Assembly (NCBI RefSeq): GCF_964355755.1
Contig: NC_092671.1
Coordinates: 38,698,304 to 38,762,303 of the forward strand
Direction: 5' to 3'
Length of the DNA: 64,000 nucleotides
Origin: Antedon mediterranea
Lineage: Eukaryota; Animalia; Echinodermata
Below, piece after piece: positions 62,201-64,000 of the stretch. The translations under genes were made by a program, and so were the position numbers. The notes beneath the pieces were generated by a model. The model did no database searches. It was not told the DNA's origin and was given only the letters and a program-made list of their open reading frames with translations. Position 1 is the first letter of the stretch. Every line of letters starts with the position of its first letter.

Positions 62201-64000
62201 TCATTGGCTGGCAGCCAATTTGACAATTTTTTTAAAATTCAAGTTTTTTCAGGTAAATCATTTTTGTTTCGATCTAATTTTTGGTTGAAGTCAATAACTA
62301 TTATGTGACATTAAAATGGAATATTCAACAACAAAAATGTAAAAAAAATTATTTTTCAGGGGGACAATACATATTTAATATACAATAACAAATATATATT
62401 TATATATTTTGATATACTTTATTGAAAAAATATATATAATTCTTAATACTTGGCTTATTATATATTATATTAATATACAATACAAACACCACAATGTATT
62501 TTATTGACTTTATTAAACATATATATCATTTAGAACAGTTAAAGTAAGTAATCATCGATTCGCCATTTCGTTTAAAAGAACGTATTACATTCAATCTGTA
62601 AAAAAAATAGAATAAATTACATAATAATGTAGATTGTTATTTACGTCCGAGGAGGTAAAGAAAACCTGTCGAAACAATGACAATCAAAGATTACAAAACA
62701 ATGACAATCAAAGCGCACACGGCGTTCCATACAGATCACCGTTATTGAACTATAGCAGCCGCTTTGGTTGGCGGCCGCTTCGACCATCATCCAATTTGGA
62801 GTCGTCGGTAAAATGAATGACGACTTCTTGAATTTTGATTGCAAAATCTGTTTTTATCCTGCCAAAAATAAAATTTATAATGATGAATTAATTATTTTTT
62901 CCGCAGAAAGTCTAAACATAGAATCACAAACATCTTGAGAGGTGTGCCTGTATTGTTTGATTACTATTCCTTTTTTCTATAAAAACATATTTTATAATTT
63001 ATTTTTAAACAGCCTGAATACTGTAACGTATGCTTTTGGTACGTTCCTCCAAGTCTGAGGGGACTTCCAGACACGAGGGAAAACCAACTAAGACTACACA
63101 AGGTATAAAGCAATGATTCCAACTTGGACGCAACGCAATGAACAAGCGCAACGGAATTGATTTGACCAATCATGACGCGAGAGATGATGATCTAACGTGC
63201 CGTGATTGGTCAAAACTTGTTGTGTTTACTTCCTTGTGTTGCGTCTAAATGAAAATCAAGCTTAAACTTGATTACGGTTACATAACGTAAGCATTTTCTT
63301 AAAGAACCGAAATTATATAAAGAAAACACGCATGGTATTGCCGCATGCTTTATTACTATTTTTATCCATTTAAAGATCGATAATGTTACGAGAATTAAAT
63401 TCAATCAAAGCTTCCTGTTAGAAGAATCATTATATTTCAAGTGGGTAGATAATTATGAATTACACAAAGTGTCCTTGGTAAATTGTTGTCGGCGTATGTC
63501 AGTGTATTAAACAACAATAATACGACGACGTCAAATGGTTAACAATATTCACTTTATATATTTACAAAAATGAGTAATTTGGTATCTTTTGAGCCAAATT
63601 ATCTCACCTGTTACCCCTTCGATCCTCCGTCTTGAGTAGAGATCAATGTAGGCTACTACGGTACGTTACTGCCTGAAGAGTGAGACGCAATATCCATGAC
63701 TGTGTTTGAATATAAAGGTATGCCGAGTCCTGCCTAGAAAGAAGTTTATAATCTCTCCTACGGAATCTAGTCAATATTATCCGCTTAGTCTTTTGTTTAC
63801 AATACAAAAAAACAATCAGTATTTCGGCATTTTAACAATCTACCTGAACGATATGATATAATTATTTTACTTTTGACAGGTTGCCCCTGCTATCAAAGCC
63901 AGGATGATGGAACACGGCACGACCATGGTGGGTTACCAGCCTCTCAGAGAAAAGGTCAACTTCTTCAGAATGATCACTTCAAACCCAGCTACTACCAAAT
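47282..64000 (+). CDS. GAD: Glutamate decarboxylase (PLP-dependent group II decarboxylase, GAD1/GAD2-like); 3' end truncated by the window
   Basis: Exons 47282-47504, 51894-52127, 53451-53541, 53648-53754, 54104-54219, 55170-55249, 55761-55815, 56214-56330, 56428-56492 (GC donor), 56648-56726, 57760-57909, 58342-58391, 58888-58942, 63013-63102, 63880->64000. Motifs [41 protein letters not shown] (PLP lysine), [25 protein letters not shown]. Confidence 0.95.
48194..48345 (+). mobile_element. tRNA-derived CORE-type SINE
   Basis: A box gtggcccagagtg, B box ggttcgaatcc, then tgtatcctaggcaagacactttac (CORE-like) and ...tgtatagggtacc. Confidence 0.65.
49608..50207. mobile_element. Kolobok-like non-autonomous transposon
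   Basis: TTAA target duplication at both ends; TIR AGCTCAGGTACAGGCA / TGCCCGCACCTGACCT. Confidence 0.7.
50705..51308. repeat. About 140-bp tandem repeat, about 4 copies
   Basis: Recurrent accaatattggtaat at about 50706, 50847, 50980, 51122 and (divergent) 51258, plus accgtatgaat. Confidence 0.85.
52138..52470. mobile_element. Kolobok-like MITE
   Basis: Body shared with the 62031 family; right end gggggacagtacatct-ttaa. Confidence 0.65.
53884..54032. mobile_element. MITE family B
   Basis: taagcttggttcccact ... ctagtgcaaaccacgct. Confidence 0.7.
55869..56033. mobile_element. MITE family B (TIR AAGCTTGGTTCCCACTAG)
   Basis: TA-flanked TIRs, internal gcgttgcgtt and ccaatcacaagcg motifs; other copies 57938-58117, 53884-54032, 43484-43596, 33511-33603, 63107-63263. 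Confidence 0.85.
56945..57706. repeat. Compound 10/15-bp satellite
   Basis: TCACACATGG units interspersed with GTTGG. Confidence 0.97.
57938..58117. mobile_element. MITE family B, opposite orientation to the 55869 copy
   Basis: taaagcttggttcctactag ... gtgggaaccaagcttta. Confidence 0.85.
58613..58691. repeat. 16-bp tandem repeat, about 4 copies
   Basis: Unit ccgatatccatctcat. Confidence 0.8.
60311..61026. repeat. 81-bp (75-bp variant) minisatellite, about 9 copies
   Basis: Unit ccgaatctttatatctcatttacatactatcgaatctttataggcctacagtattgcattaataatttacgcacggtattg. Confidence 0.95.
61039..61138. repeat. 14-bp tandem repeat x7, probably a transposon subterminal array
   Basis: Unit ccagtttgccgact; inverted gtcggca at 61171. 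Confidence 0.85.
62031..62378. mobile_element. Kolobok-like MITE family; other copies 5989-6155, 52138-52470, partial 2802-2896 and ~17720
   Basis: TTAA TSD, TIR AGATGTATTGTCC / GGACAATACATAT; shared body gaatatgccattttaatgtcacataa (inverted in this copy). Confidence 0.75.

Noticed and set aside
47282-64000. Assignment as CSAD or GADL1 instead of GAD
   Set aside because: NQLS and NTNMFTYE match GAD; CSAD has NQLF and NTSQYTYE.

Overview
Strongly AT-rich, intron-rich animal genomic DNA. It is probably from an invertebrate deuterostome such as an echinoderm; this is inferred from a Deu-domain SINE and vertebrate-like exon layouts. It is not prokaryotic and has no CRISPR array. Manual splicing gives five protein-coding genes: the 3' part of AGMO (+), a complete long-tailed BMP type II receptor BMPR2 (+, 8 coding exons, 1039 aa), NIFK/Nop15 (-, 283 aa) head-to-head with MDH1B (+, 548 aa), and a glutamate decarboxylase GAD (+, 15 exons, cut by the window end, one GC-AG intron). 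Introns contain about 20 copies of one palindromic MITE, other non-autonomous DNA transposons (Tigger/pogo-, Kolobok-, Harbinger- and hAT-like), tRNA-derived SINEs, LINE tails and several minisatellites, which explain the long repetitive ORFs. The strongest leads for something undescribed are: (i) a ~180-nt GC-rich multi-helix island in the last NIFK intron, with G-U pairs favouring the sense strand, as a candidate ncRNA or autoregulatory element; (ii) an inverted copy of the MDH1B 3'UTR, including its AATAAA, inside the preceding intron; (iii) duplicated splice donors in GAD that would introduce premature stops. None of these was tested computationally. Comparisons to vertebrate sequences and map positions are from memory.
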